A stretch of DNA of 64,000 nt from Azolla caroliniana (GCA_043228905.1 JBHGNT010000001.1:31434001-31498000), one strand, 5' to 3'; positions 25,527 through 38,027 are shown, counted from the stretch's first letter. The notes: a model not told the origin generated them from the letters alone. Program-made: numbers and translations.

Positions 25527-26171
25527 TGTTGAAAAACAGTGCTCGGCCACAACCGAGGAATAGGATCAACTTTCAGAAAACAGGAAATACAAAATGCACA
25601 AAGTACAATAGAGAGAAGAGTACACAGGATGTTTTACGTGGAAAAACCCTAACTGGGGAAAAATCACGGGAGTCCTCAAACTCCAACTATCACTATAGAC
25701 AGAGATGTACAATGGTGAAGCTACAAGGCAACAACCTTGAGCTCACTGTCTTCGCCACAGGCGGCGGCAGTACACAGAGGCAACGACCTCTTCGTCTCTC
25801 TCTCTCTCTCTCTCTCTCTCGGCTGCTCACTTTTCTCTCTCTCAGCTGAAAACATAAAAAAAATGAGCAACAACATAAACTGTTTGCCCTAAGTCATATT
25901 TATACACATATGACTTTCGGGCTATTTACAAATATAGCCTCAAGGGCTCTTGGCAAACATATTCACAAATATGTCCCTGCATCCGGATCTCTCTCCGGGT
26001 ACATTCGTCATCCGGCTCCGTAACCGGGGTCTTCAGCATCCGGCTCCGTAACCGGGGTCTTCATCATCCGGCTCCGTAACCGGGGTCTTCATCATCCGGC
26101 TCCGTAACCGCAACCGGGCTTGCCGTCATTTATCTCCGGACATCCCATCCGGAGGGACCGAAATCCCAACA
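25527..26171 (-). repeat. 5' LTR (645 bp)
   Basis: Differs from the 3' LTR by two substitutions that I could see, one extra TC unit and one fewer 28-bp repeat. Confidence 0.97.
25897..25904 (-). promoter_or_regulatory. LTR TATA box
   Basis: TATAAATA on the minus strand, downstream of the U3 repeats (26009-26110) and upstream of (GA)13. Confidence 0.65.
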
Positions 26172-26919
26172 GTATCCCATGTCATTCCCACTTTTTCCAC
26201 AATAAATATTGAAGATGTAGAAATGGTAAGTAATATAATATCATAGGTTCCATAATACATTATACAACCTTCAAGTGTACATGAAATGACCAAGTTTGTG
26301 ACATCCAATACATGAACTTATCCCTCAACTCGCTAGACATCCATTCAATCAAGTGGTCATTTGTAACATTTATTCCCAATAGATAGAGCATTTTCTAAGC
26401 ACGGATCCATGTCATCCTAGATATTAAAAATACCCTCTTAGTTTATGAGATGAGGTTAGACCCTCCAATTAATATGCAACCTAGATGTTGATGCAAAGTG
26501 GTTCTGTACAACTATCCCTTTTTCAAGATTCTAACATGAGGCTCGTAGAAGAATGAAGGAATCATTGGCCAAAGCATGTGCTACATGGAAGGTATAGGCC
26601 CATAATGTCAACATTAGTTGCAATCTTGGTAACGTCATCAACAAGGGATAAGTAACAATAGAAAACAACAATAGGTTGATAGGGCAATATATAATGTAAT
26701 TACTCAATTAAGAATTACTCGGGACATTATATCTTGTCCTAATAAAAATATGATGCAAGACATACGTGGTCCAAAGCCCATCGTTTGTAGTGACCTGGAA
26801 AAAAAGGGCCTCCCTCGTACGATAACAATTACAATAGTAAGAAACTCAATTGAATGGTGTCACGCTACACGGGTATAGGGCCTCGCTGAATTGCCAATAA
26901 GCAAGATGAACACTTCATT

Positions 26920-28000
26920 TTACGTAACAACTATAGAAGCATTGGAAATAGAAGAAACTTTTATAACATATTGTATATACATCATTCTTTCTAGAATATA
27001 TATACACATACATGAGCTCAAGGTACAATGTTTGAATCCTAAATTGGTTCTTACATGACATGCATTGGCAATGCTCGATCCAATGTTGGATATTAAAACT
27101 ATCTTGCTCGTTACTATGCAAATGAACATGCATGGAGCCATCCTTCCACCACAAGCATGTTGGGCCATTGCTCATTTAGAGTGTCAAAGTTCATCATGGA
27201 CCAATAGGTCAGTCAAGTTGGTGCAACACTAGCGTTCACATTTATAATATTTTCATTTTGAACACCTACAACTACTAATCATAGAGTCACAAACCATTGA
27301 AGATCAATGAGTAAGCTTACTAATGCCTACAACGTTTCCTATATTTGGAAAGGAAATCCATCCATAATGACAAATCTCAATAATTCACAAAATTATAAAA
27401 TCATAAGTGGATAGATAAATGATCAAACTTTCTAACATTTATTAGATATTCTTGGATTTGATCCTTTGTGGTGGTGCATTTTAATTTCTTGTTTTCCGCC
27501 ATACAAGCAAGTTTGTGGCCACATAATCATGCACTCGATTTGAACTTAGATTTATGGACACGTTATTTTTATGACATGACAATGAAAAGAAGCATAATAT
27601 TACAACCTATACATATTTTCATAACAAAAAATTGGCAATTGTTGAAGTCATAGCATTTTCATTGCACCAATAGTTGGTTCATATCTAAAGGCATGAAATT
27701 TAAGGTGTGATATGACTTGTGCATTTAGCTTATAGAAAGATTATATTGAGTTTATCAACAAGCACACAACTGTCAATAGTTGTATGGAGTTTTTGAATCT
27801 TGTAGTAGTGTTTAATATAGAGAGATTGCCTCATCGATGTTGTTGTGTGACGCACCATGTATAACATATATGTTAATGGGATCCATACATCATTTTCAAT
27901 ATGTTTGATATTAAGGTGTAGCAATCCATGCATACTAGAAATCAAAGAATGTTTCACACATTACCGTAATTTGCTCGCTTTCTGTCAAAAAAAAATTTGT
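26920..28000 (-). pseudogene. Eroded MULE-like transposase relic
   Basis: Fragments HGLLHLNIKH...Y...HNNIDE, MLVVEGW, IVTSK and NIQHWIE in the order expected for At4g13970-type MULEs. Confidence 0.25.
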
Positions 28001-29561
28001 AGAAATACATTAGATTTAGCATTTTTTGTGAAAATGAGCAAATAAAAGGGTGTCATTATGCATAGAGTTTCAAAGTGCTATTTGTTTTTCATATGTAAAA
28101 GTTAAAACCCAAGGGTCTAAACTCTTGAGGTACCATAGAAGTTCCCGCTTATTTATAAGATACAAAACTTAAATTACAACAAACTCTCTATGATTTTTAG
28201 CATTTGACGTGTTGAATATATTCGTATGTATGGGTTGAGATGATATATTCACGTCGTTCCATTTTGTATACCATACCTAGTCTCTCTTACTTGTGAATCA
28301 TTTTTAGGGCTCTGCAAGTACTTTCACTTCAACACGGCTCTACTCTTCAGAGAAATTATCTTATTTCACTATCACAACGTTTCCCAATTTGTTGCAAACT
28401 ACATACCTATGTAGTCCACGTGATTGAGGGAGTTCAAACCATAATTTTCCAATATCTCAAAGGTTATGTTTAGCTTAGAAGAAACAACATTGAGGTTACT
28501 CTCACAATTTCCCATGACATCTTGAGTTATTGTGTTCACCCTAGTATGGCGAGTTTCCAAAAGCAAGCCGATAGATAATTCATTATCTTAAGTCCTCTAT
28601 GTAAATATTCACTTACCACATCCTAAGATGTCAAAATCTGGTGCCTATGGGCAAGTGTGTCTATATTTACAATCTATCAAGGAGCATACCTTGCTACCAA
28701 CAAATAATGATCAATGTATCATGCCCTCAATTCTATTGTTCAAATTCACATTGTGCTTCACACATGAGCATAGGTTTCTTTGCTCATCTTATAATCAAAC
28801 ACATATGCATAGGTGTCTAACTCATCTTATAACCAGTGATTCGGTCGTAATGATTGTTCATAATGCCATATTATTGACGGTAGGATAGAATAATGCTTTA
28901 TGCATCAAACACTTCCAAAGCTTGCAATACATTTTCATTGATTTGTTTGAAATTTCCTCCTTCACAAAAAAGAAAGAAGTAAACGACAAATTGAATACAA
29001 TGAATGAGCCATCTTGTTTCCTCCGAATGGGGTCGTATATGATAAAGTGTTGCCAATATGCCTACAACCATGGAGGTTCAATGTGAGTTGGGGACCAGGT
29101 GCACGAATAGTAGCAATGGTTCATGTCTGACTTAAATAAATATCAAAATCTAGTTGGAAAAGATTGCGTGGATAAGAATTTCAAATAAACAGCAGCGACA
29201 TGTTTTGGGATTTCAAATAAGCGGTAGCGACATATATTTTATTTTCCAAGTATTTTCCTACATCACGGATGCAAACAAAGTGACTTGGGAAGCTTCATGT
29301 GGTCTATATGCAGCGACATTACACAAAAAGAACCAAGGACAAGAAGAACATAAAGCAACAGATGACGAATCGCACGCAAAAAAGGCCAGAGCAACGGAAA
29401 AACCCTACTCATATGTATCTACAAAGAGGGAGTTTCTACATTCACGTAAAACAATATGGCACATGTCCGAGGGTGTGGCGTAGTTTTTCTTTTCAGCTCA
29501 TCGATGAAAAGATGGTTTACTTACTTTCTCTAAGGGGGATTTTATTTATTTATTTATTTAT

Positions 29562-29592
<31 letters not shown>

Positions 29593-29957
29593 TTCTCTTA
29601 AGACAAAGAGTCATGTGCTTGAGGCGACCGACAAAATGCGAAACATTGTCGGGTGTGGTACAAAGAGAAGATATGTACATTCATACATATACATTCGTGT
29701 GTGCTCCCATCGTCCGGCCAAATGAATGAATGAATGAATGCATAATGGTAATAATAATACTACATAATGAGAAGCATCTCATCTCAGCGGCTTCAAGAAG
29801 TAGCAAAGGAGTCTACTGAGAGAGAGAAGGAGAGAGAGAAGGAGAGAGAGAGAGAGAGACACACACACACACACAGAAACAGAAAAATCAGAGAAGACAG
29901 AGAGGAAAAGAGACATGACGGAAAAAGGGTGAGCGGGGGGCGGGAGCAGAAGGCCTT

Positions 29958-29988
29958 GCCACGTCGCCCACCTCTTCTTATATAAATA
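29958..29988 (+). promoter_or_regulatory. Core promoter: ABRE-like GCCACGT and TATATAAATA
   Basis: GCCACGT 29958-29964 and TATA 29979-29988. GA repeats upstream, a CT-rich leader downstream and a splice donor CAG|GTAAAG at 30138/30139. Confidence 0.6.
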
Positions 29989-30138
29989 GATGCCATGGCT
30001 ATAGCTTTCCTCGCTTTGCCTCTTCTTCCTCCTTCTCCTTCTCCTTCTCCTTCTCCTTCTCCTTCTGTTCTCTTCTGTTCTGTTCTGTTCTGCGTGCAGG
30101 CCCTTCCCTCCCTCCCCCTTCCTTTTGGGGCTTTTCAG

Positions 30139-31059
30139 GTAAAGCAAACAAACAACATCCATTGCTCTCTCTCTCTCTCTCTCTCTCTTCCCCATGTTTT
30201 TTTTCCCCCTTCTTCTTCTTCTTCTTCGTGTTTTCGGTTCCCATATGTCTCCCTCCCTTCCTCGTATTTGTTTTTTTTCCCTCTTTTACCTGTCTGAACC
30301 GAAATTCTCTGCCTGCCTCGCCCCCCCCCAACCACTCTCTTTTTTTAGGGTTTCGTGAGTGTTATGTGTTTTTACCCTCTTACTCTTCCTTTCTGTTTCT
30401 ATGCAGGGTTTCAGAAAATCATTTGCCGAAGCTTTTCTTCCTCTCTGTGATTCTCTCGTATGTCTATGTGCTCTATTTATTTATCAGATTCTTCTTGTAT
30501 TGCAAAAAAATTCGCGTCCCCCCCGCCCCCCCTTTCGAAATTGAGCCTAAATTTAACTCCTTTTCTCCGAAAATTGTGCTTTTACTCCAGATTTAGGGTT
30601 TCCCCTTTCAAATTCAAAGCGAGTTTCCATAATTTTCTTTGATGCGAAATAATCATAGTTAACAGCGCAGGATTTGCGTTAAGGTTTTAATTACCCGCAA
30701 ATTGTGCTTTTACTCCAGATTTAGGGTTTCCCCTTTCAAATTCAAAGCGAGTTTCCATAAATTTTTTTGATGCGAAATAATCATAGTTAACAGCGCAGGA
30801 TTTGCGTTAAGGTTTTAATTACCCGTCTGAATCATATCCATTTAAATTTAGCCCAATTTCTTGAGAAAACCTGTTTTCGAGGCTCTTTTCTTCTGTATTA
30901 GATTTTGTTATTTGGTTAAAAGACAAGCGTTACGGTTTACTAAATGTCCCAATTTCTTTGCTGCATATCATATACTATGACCGAATCGATCTGTATGGAT
31001 AAGGCTAGGTTTAGGTTTGAAATTGTCTCTCGCTACATTTTCTTCTTCATGTTTCCTAG
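30139..31059 (+). other. Probable 5'UTR intron(s) of the 31111 gene
   Basis: GT at 30139 and polypyrimidine+CTAG acceptor at 31059, 51 nt before the ATG. Alternative sites at 30355 (GTGAGT) and 30406 (TGCAG). Confidence 0.55.
30571..30825. repeat. Tandem dimer, 128-bp unit, each copy with a telo-box (TAGGGTTT)
   Basis: Units start 30571 and 30699; near-identical. Confidence 0.92.
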
Positions 31060-31110
31060 GAGTTATTGCAACTCTAACAAATCTTTCTCTTCTCTTGCAC
31101 ACACAGAGAG

Positions 31111-31788
31111 ATGGAGGAGAAAATGAATATGCAAGAACCTGTGGTTACTTCATCTTCTTCATCTTCTTTATCCTCCATGGTTACTGATGGAAAGCCTCCT
31201 TTGCCGCCTTCTACTAAGGCTGCTATTCAAAACTATCACCAGACATTAAAGCTTTTACACAATCACCAGATATATTATAGTAACATTCATGTTAATCATC
31301 GCCATAGTACCTCCAGTAACCCTAGATCTGTTGTTGGATTGAATCTTTCTAACCATCACCACAGTAATCCTAACCATGGTAACCAACATAATGTGAACCG
31401 TACCAACCATCACAATTCAAACCGTTGTAGCCCTAACTTTCCTAACCATATTAACCTTCACTATGGGAACCATTCTAACCCTTCTAACCTTCACCATACG
31501 AACCATTCTAACCAAAGTAACCATGCAAATCATCATCATCCTCCTTCATCAGTTACTGTTCATAATGAAGGTGAAGAACATAATCAGCATCCAAGACAAT
31601 GTTTATGTTCTCCTACTACACATGAGGGATCTTTTAGGTGTAGATTGCACAGATCAAACACTAATACAAACAAGAACTCAACCAATATAATCAACCCATC
31701 CTCCTCCTCCTCTAAATGGCCTAACAAAGTGTCCAAGATTACCTCTCATTTCCATTCATCCCCAGGGACATCAATTGAGGCTCAATAA
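31111..31788 (+). CDS. Plant 'serine-rich protein-like' family member with His/Asn-rich insert, 225 aa
   Basis: Conserved family motif CLCSPTTHEGSFRCRLHR, Ser runs, good ATG context, upstream TATA and UTR intron. Confidence 0.85.
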   Translation: MEEKMNMQEPVVTSSSSSSLSSMVTDGKPPLPPSTKAAIQNYHQTLKLLHNHQIYYSNIHVNHRHSTSSNPRSVVGLNLSNHHHSNPNHGNQHNVNRTNHHNSNRCSPNFPNHINLHYGNHSNPSNLHHTNHSNQSNHANHHHPPSSVTVHNEGEEHNQHPRQCLCSPTTHEGSFRCRLHRSNTNTNKNSTNIINPSSSSSKWPNKVSKITSHFHSSPGTSIEAQ

Positions 31789-34589
31789 TAATGATAACGG
31801 TTACTGAGAGAACTGAGGATGGCAATCTGTCTTCTTATTTCTCTTCATGTCCACAATTTCATTGGCTGTAATTTGCTTCTGATGAGGATGGTCGTTATTA
31901 TGGAGTTGAACGAGGCAGCACACTGATTATTTATATTGTTCCGTTTTGTGTTTCCATCGATATTTAGAGTTAGAATCTGACGAAACACCCGAAACAATGA
32001 ACGAAGAGGGAATCTGTATAAAGACATTGAGTATGTGTATATTGTCTATGTGCCTGGATATGTGTATAGTGATTCTCCATAAATTTCCAAAAGTGCCCTT
32101 TAGCGAGAATTGATTTGAATGCAATCAGCCTTCCCATCCCCATTTTAAAGTCTCTGTTCATATGGCCATCGTACCTCAGACTGAAAAATCAGCTTGTAAC
32201 AGACTATACAAGCTGTGAACGTGGGAATCAAGGAACCATAGGTAGGGTATGTACATGTTGCGAATACATCCATGGTAGCCCCTACACATGAACTGGCGTA
32301 CAGATGCAAAAATCAGCTGAATTGGCCAGGAGTTTGGATTTTACCAAAGCAGACAGAAATTATTCAGTGCCCTATAGGAAACAGATAATGGAGACACATT
32401 TTGTTGGATAGGAGCATGAGGTTAGAGAACACTAAATAAATGGGTAGTGAACCATACATGCTATAGGTGAGTGCCCACTGCAATAATAATTGTATGCGTA
32501 TGTAGCATAGCTCTGTCTATGTAAAGTAATGGAAAATGTGACTAATGTATGCAGCAATCTTTCACTAAGCTTAACCGAAAAGAAAGGCGAAGAAAATTAC
32601 TGAAAATAGTCTTACTTCAACTTGTTACAGAAAGTTTAAAAAATATATATATATGCTGTTGAATCATGAAACTCCTAAATTACAAACCAAAATAAGATTA
32701 ATCAATGTATTAATGGACACAGTCTATGTATATTTACACTATACATTAGTTAATTCCACCTGTTAATTATAACCGGGTATAATTATTATTGTCAGTTTTA
32801 TATTGGTTATTATCCATTTAACTCCATTTCCATTATTTGAAACATGAATCACATGCATCGATCACATATTTATAAGGTTTATAAGGTGCAAGTCTACGTC
32901 AGTTCTATGAGAGGGCGAAGAATTTTGTACAAACAAAATTCTACCATGGGGAAAGTTTCCCTCGTTATGGATGTAATTATGGAAAAAAAGTATACTGTTC
33001 ATAAATTGGGGTGCCCGTGAATAAAAAAGGTACATAGATTTTGGTAAAGTTGCATTGATCATGCCAAAGGAGTTTTATGTAATGAAAAATTGTATGTAAT
33101 GAAAGTATAAACAAGAGCGATATAATTAAGCACGGAATGAATTGCTCATCATACATGTCGCAAACAAATCAATTAAGATTCATGGGGCCAACTTGAGTTT
33201 TACCTTTGTTCTTCCTAAAGATTGGGTGGGATAGCTTTGATTTTGTAAACAAGGTAATAGACAACAAGTTTCCATGAAAGGTGGTTCTGAGTCAATTTTA
33301 GGACAACGCATGTTCATAAGGATGAAGATGATGAAATGTGAGATGTCCGATGGGCATGTTCTCCTCCAAAGAAATATATATTTGAAACAAATGAATAATA
33401 TATACTGTGTAGCTAAAACATAAGTGACATAATATGGCAGGATTAGTAATACATTTGTATGGTTGTAGTAATGATAAATATAGCCCACAAATTGTATGTA
33501 ATGACCTGGGACCCCTATGGGTAGGGTTCAATGATTAGGTCACTTGATTTGATGAGGTGGTATAGTTGGTAGAAACTTGTGCCCCTAATAAATGCTACTT
33601 AACATATCAGATTATTGTGTGTTCGATGTTTCAAACTTTATGAGTGTAGATCACGTTTATTTATGAGTAATTTAAAATTCTGTGTTGATGCATTACGATT
33701 TGCTACACAACCAATCACTCACTTCTAGACTCTAGATATGCAAAGGTTCTAAAGTTAGATGTATGGAAAATGTTACTTCAAGATAACTTAGTTTTAATGG
33801 GCTGTTTGTGATGGAAGATGAACCCTTTTTGGCTAGAATTGCTCTACATATTAGTCCTGCAAGACATGGTCAAAGCCAATACCTTTGGATTTGGATTCAT
33901 GGCAATTGTCTTTATGATGTTCCACTCATATCTCATATTTGGGGTTGTTTCCATGGGACATTTCGCCAATCAATTGATCCTAAATCTTCCATTACTATGT
34001 CTTATTGGTCAAACAATATTCCTAGCTATTTGGGTGATCCACTTTGCATGGCCGTGTGTTAAATTATTAAAATCAATGCCAAAATGTAAAGATAGAATTC
34101 AATGTTAATGTGGTTGACATTTGTTATTCAAGAACTATGTTGCAGACAACTTCCTATGTTGAATATTGCATCTAGATATGTCATTGTTGTTTGGGAGAGT
34201 ATAATTGGCTACAAAGAAAGCAAGGCCAACAAGAATGTTGGAGTAGAAATCTATGCTCAAGTGATAGAAAACCCTCCATGCCCAAAAAATGGTTCTAAAG
34301 TTCCTAATATTTCTAAAGTTCCTAAAACCCTCATTTCATATCTATCCCATTTCTGTATATAATAAACGGTTCGGTTTTAGTTTCATAATGTTTTCTCTGC
34401 CCCTGCCACCTCTGCGCCTGTCTGGACGAGGAGACTTAGTCTGTCTTCCACTTCTCTGCCTAATTTTTTCTCTGCATTCCACGCAGTCAGTGGCCTGCAG
34501 GCTGCGATATCTAAATTCCTATACCTGTACATGTTATTCCCCATCCATCCATCCATCCATCATCACCATCAGATTTCTCATTATTCTCC

Positions 34590-36593
34590 ATGCCCCCCGT
34601 CGACCATGACCAGCAACACACGCTCCTCATTTCTGCACGCTCCAACCTCTCCCAACGCCTGGGGGAGCTCGCAACGGTCGAGGAACGATTAATCCACACT
34701 CACACCAGATTGGTTGGAATCCATGAGAAGGTCCCTTTCCTCCGCTCCGCCATGGCGCCCATCCAAGCCCGGGCGTCTGTCGTATCAGGCCTCACATCCC
34801 AACTTGATGCTGCCCTTGACACCATATTGTCCGTCATCCGCATCTTTGAATCCATCCACACCATCCAAGGGACGCTAAATGCGGACGATCCGAAGCACGA
34901 CCTCCGCAAATACTTGGCTATGGTTTGCTCTATGGAAAGGTATCTTCAAACGATTCGAGATATCTATCCTCCATCGTTGGATTCGTTAGATGACGTCCTG
35001 GATTTTCTGGTAGATACCAAACTTCTCGATCCTTATAGCCTCAGAATGCTCGGCGAACAGCTCCAACAATCCAAATGCCTCAATCCCCACCAAGAAATGA
35101 TAAAAAAGGACCCTCTAAAAAAGGCATTGCTCAAGTTGGAAGAGGAATTCGAGAGGCTTTTGACCGAAAGCTTTAGGGTCATAGACCTTTCAAAACATTT
35201 AACTAGCAGTTCTGGGGCTACGGGGGATGATCAAACTTCAGAGCAGAATACCACTCCATCCCCTATCCAGCATGTGGAACTAATGGATCCCGATACCAGT
35301 AACAAGATTCTAGTAATCTCGGATAGACTCAAGGTGAATGGAAGAATAGAGTATTGCCTTGAGGTTTATAAGGCAATAAGGGTGAAGATCGTGATGAAAT
35401 CGATAGTTACTCTTAAACCAGAGTACCTTAGAGCCTACTCCATGGAGGAATTGAATGGTATGGAGTGGGAAGACATCCGTGAGAACCTCTTTCTATGGTC
35501 GAGACATGTGAAAGCCATTGTAATGGTGCTGATGGCCCAAGAAAAAGAAGTCTGCGAGAGGGCTTTCCATACCCTTGACCCTCCGGAGCGTACAAAGTGC
35601 TTTGCCGACATTGTCAAGAAATCTAATATTTCTATCTTCTTCCGGTTCATAGAGTCTGTGGCATCAACCAATCATCGGCCCGAAGCCATGCTCGTTGGAT
35701 TGCTACAAATAATCCAAGGCTTGGGGTATATCAAGTATGAAATTTCCGGAGTGTTTGGGGGATGCCCGGACATGCTGAAGGAGATTGAGGCGATGCACTG
35801 GACCCTGTCATTCCACGTGATGAGGGTCTATCGGATACTCGTCGTGACAACAGAGACCTTGAAATCACGAATGCCGAGCGACGGTGGGAAGGACTTCAAT
35901 GCGAGGTATATCGTCAATTACATAAGTATGATATTCCGAGACTATAAAGATGCAATGGCGGAGGCCTTGAGATTGCAAAACCGTAGCGTGAATGCTGGTG
36001 GGGCTGGAGCTATCATGATATCGAACCTACAAAATGCTGCCCTTAGCATGATGGGCGCGTTAGAGAAGAACCTAGAACACCGAGCATCGACTTGCTACGA
36101 AGATCCCATCTTGGCACATGTCTTCCTCATGAACAACTACCAGTACGTCTTGGTAAGATTGAAGGAATGTGTGGAACTCGCCGATTGCTTGGGGGAAGAG
36201 TTCATGACCAAGTGGAGGCGCAAGGTGGAGTTCAACTTGAGGAGCTACATGAAGAAGGTATGGGAGAATTTGGTCTCGAATTTAGGCAGAGAGGGGTTGC
36301 AGGTAGGTCGAAACCGAGGTGTGTCGAGAGACCTCGTAATGAAGAGGGTGGAGTCCTTTAATGTAGCCTTCGAGGAGGTGTGCCGGAAACAAGTGCAGTG
36401 GGTGATTCTTGATAATAGTCTTAGACAGAATGTGCTTGCGGCGGTAACCGAACTGCTTGTCCGGGCCTATCGTGCCTTCATGCAATCATATGGCTCTTAT
36501 TTGGAAGAGGGTGTGCCCCCACACCATAGGGTCCACAAATACACGGTGGACATGCTTGAGACCATGGTGGGAAGTCTTTTCCAAGGGAAGTGA
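34590..36593 (+). CDS. EXO70: Exocyst subunit EXO70, G/I clade (EXO70I-like), copy 1, intronless, 667 aa
   Basis: LLISARS..., ALLKLEEEFERLL, PSDG...YIVNYI, YEDPILAHVFLMNNYQY, FNVAFEEV...WVILD..LR, KYTVDMLE..V.SLFQGK are Exo70 hallmarks. Confidence 0.93.
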   Translation: MPPVDHDQQHTLLISARSNLSQRLGELATVEERLIHTHTRLVGIHEKVPFLRSAMAPIQARASVVSGLTSQLDAALDTILSVIRIFESIHTIQGTLNADDPKHDLRKYLAMVCSMERYLQTIRDIYPPSLDSLDDVLDFLVDTKLLDPYSLRMLGEQLQQSKCLNPHQEMIKKDPLKKALLKLEEEFERLLTESFRVIDLSKHLTSSSGATGDDQTSEQNTTPSPIQHVELMDPDTSNKILVISDRLKVNGRIEYCLEVYKAIRVKIVMKSIVTLKPEYLRAYSMEELNGMEWEDIRENLFLWSRHVKAIVMVLMAQEKEVCERAFHTLDPPERTKCFADIVKKSNISIFFRFIESVASTNHRPEAMLVGLLQIIQGLGYIKYEISGVFGGCPDMLKEIEAMHWTLSFHVMRVYRILVVTTETLKSRMPSDGGKDFNARYIVNYISMIFRDYKDAMAEALRLQNRSVNAGGAGAIMISNLQNAALSMMGALEKNLEHRASTCYEDPILAHVFLMNNYQYVLVRLKECVELADCLGEEFMTKWRRKVEFNLRSYMKKVWENLVSNLGREGLQVGRNRGVSRDLVMKRVESFNVAFEEVCRKQVQWVILDNSLRQNVLAAVTELLVRAYRAFMQSYGSYLEEGVPPHHRVHKYTVDMLETMVGSLFQGK

Positions 36594-36726
36594 ATTACCT
36601 CCTCATCCTATCATCATGACATGGAATAAAAATAATGGATAGGAACTGTAATATTTTAAGCCTGAAGGAGTTTTGTACACGCGCACTAGCTCCGTTGTAT
36701 TGCATGTGCTTTTGTTTTAAATGATT

Positions 36727-36959
36727 TTGTGTAGCTCTCCTTGGATACATAAGCCACCCTGTGCCACATGTATGTATATTGAATTTTTTTTTCTCTTCAG
36801 ATGCATACCTCCATGCCTATTTCAAAACTTTGTTCTTCCTTTTCCAACCTTGTGTAGCTCTCCTTGGATACATAAGCCACCTTCTGCCACATGTATATTG
36901 AATTTTTTTTTCTCTTCAGATGCATACCTCCATGCCTATTTCAAAACTTTGTTCTTCCT
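36727..36959. repeat. Tandem dimer, about 123-bp unit, in the 3' region of EXO70 copy 1 only
   Basis: ttgtgtagctctccttggatacataagccacc starts at 36727 and 36850; single copy at the matching site of unit 2 (about 43335-43445). Confidence 0.9.
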
Positions 36960-37590
36960 CATGATGCCCATTCCATCTTTGAGGTGCAATACAACTTGGT
37001 TCATTCCTTTCTGAACTTTCTATGCTGAAATCATAAGAGTGAATCTATAGTGTTTGAGAATGATAATGAATTATTTGAGAATGAAAAACTTAAAACATTA
37101 CAAGTTGTTAGCATTTGAGAATAATAATGAAGGACTTGAGACTGAAAAAACTCAAAAACATCACAAGTTGTGAAACATCATGGTGTTAATGTGAACCAAC
37201 ACATTTAATTTCCTTGATGACCTGATTAGTATCCATACATGATAAGATTCTCATACAAGGGAACATTGTTTGCATAATTATGAAATCCTTGGTTATGTGC
37301 ATCAACCAATATGTGAAGGTTCACCATGAGCCCCATAGGTTCCGAGTAAACAAGGTAATAGACAACAGGTTTCTGTGAAAGGTTTTGAGTATCTATTCCA
37401 TGTGAATCCTTATTCAACTGTTGAACATGCCGTGAGACATTTTATAAACACAACTGCTCATAAGGAGGAAGATCTTAAAAGAGGTTGGTACCATAAAAGT
37501 GGTATCATGGAATGTGAGATGGGCATGTTCTCCTCGTAAGAAATATATATTTGTGATAAACGAATGGGATATATTATGTGTAGGTATGGC

Positions 37591-38027
37591 TAACAATCAG
37601 CAACGGTTCGGTTTGAATTGAACCTAACTGCGAAACCGTGGCTTAACGGTTTCAACGGTTTGGTTCAAGTTTATGTTTTTTAAAACGGTTCGGTTCGGTT
37701 TTAACAGTCTGAAACCACGGTTTAACGGTTTTTTATTTTCTATTTTTTATATTTGTTTAAATAAATTTAGAAATTGTTTTCAAACAATCTTTTCATTTTT
37801 AGACTTTATTCTCACATTTTAGGAACATCTTAAAAATTTTAAAAATTTTAAAAAATGAAATATTATAAATTTTTAAAAAATTAAAAATTAAACCTATGTT
37901 GAAAACCGAAACTGAACCACGAAACCGCAGTTTTTACAGTTTAACGATTTAACAATTTGGTTCAGGTTTCAAAAATGTTAAACGGTTCGGTTTGGACCCT
38001 CTTAAACCAAACCGTTGTCGATTGTTA
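37591..38027. mobile_element. Non-autonomous hAT element (MITE), 437 bp
   Basis: TIRs taacaatcagcaacggttcggttt / aaaccaaaccgttgtcgattgtta. 8-bp TSD ggtatggc at 37583-37590 and 38028-38035. Many subterminal AACCG/CGGTT motifs and an AT-rich core. Confidence 0.92.

Larger units (their letters stand above)
20741..26171 (-). mobile_element. Intact Ty1/copia LTR retrotransposon (Tork/Tnt1-Tto1-like)
   Basis: TG...CA LTRs, TSD GTATC at 20736-20740 and 26172-26176, PBS, PPT and one uninterrupted gag-PR-IN-RT-RH ORF. Confidence 0.98.

Noticed and set aside
29561-29592. T-run followed by a run of about 21 G (possible G-quadruplex)
   Set aside because: Homopolymer of uncertain length with no functional evidence.
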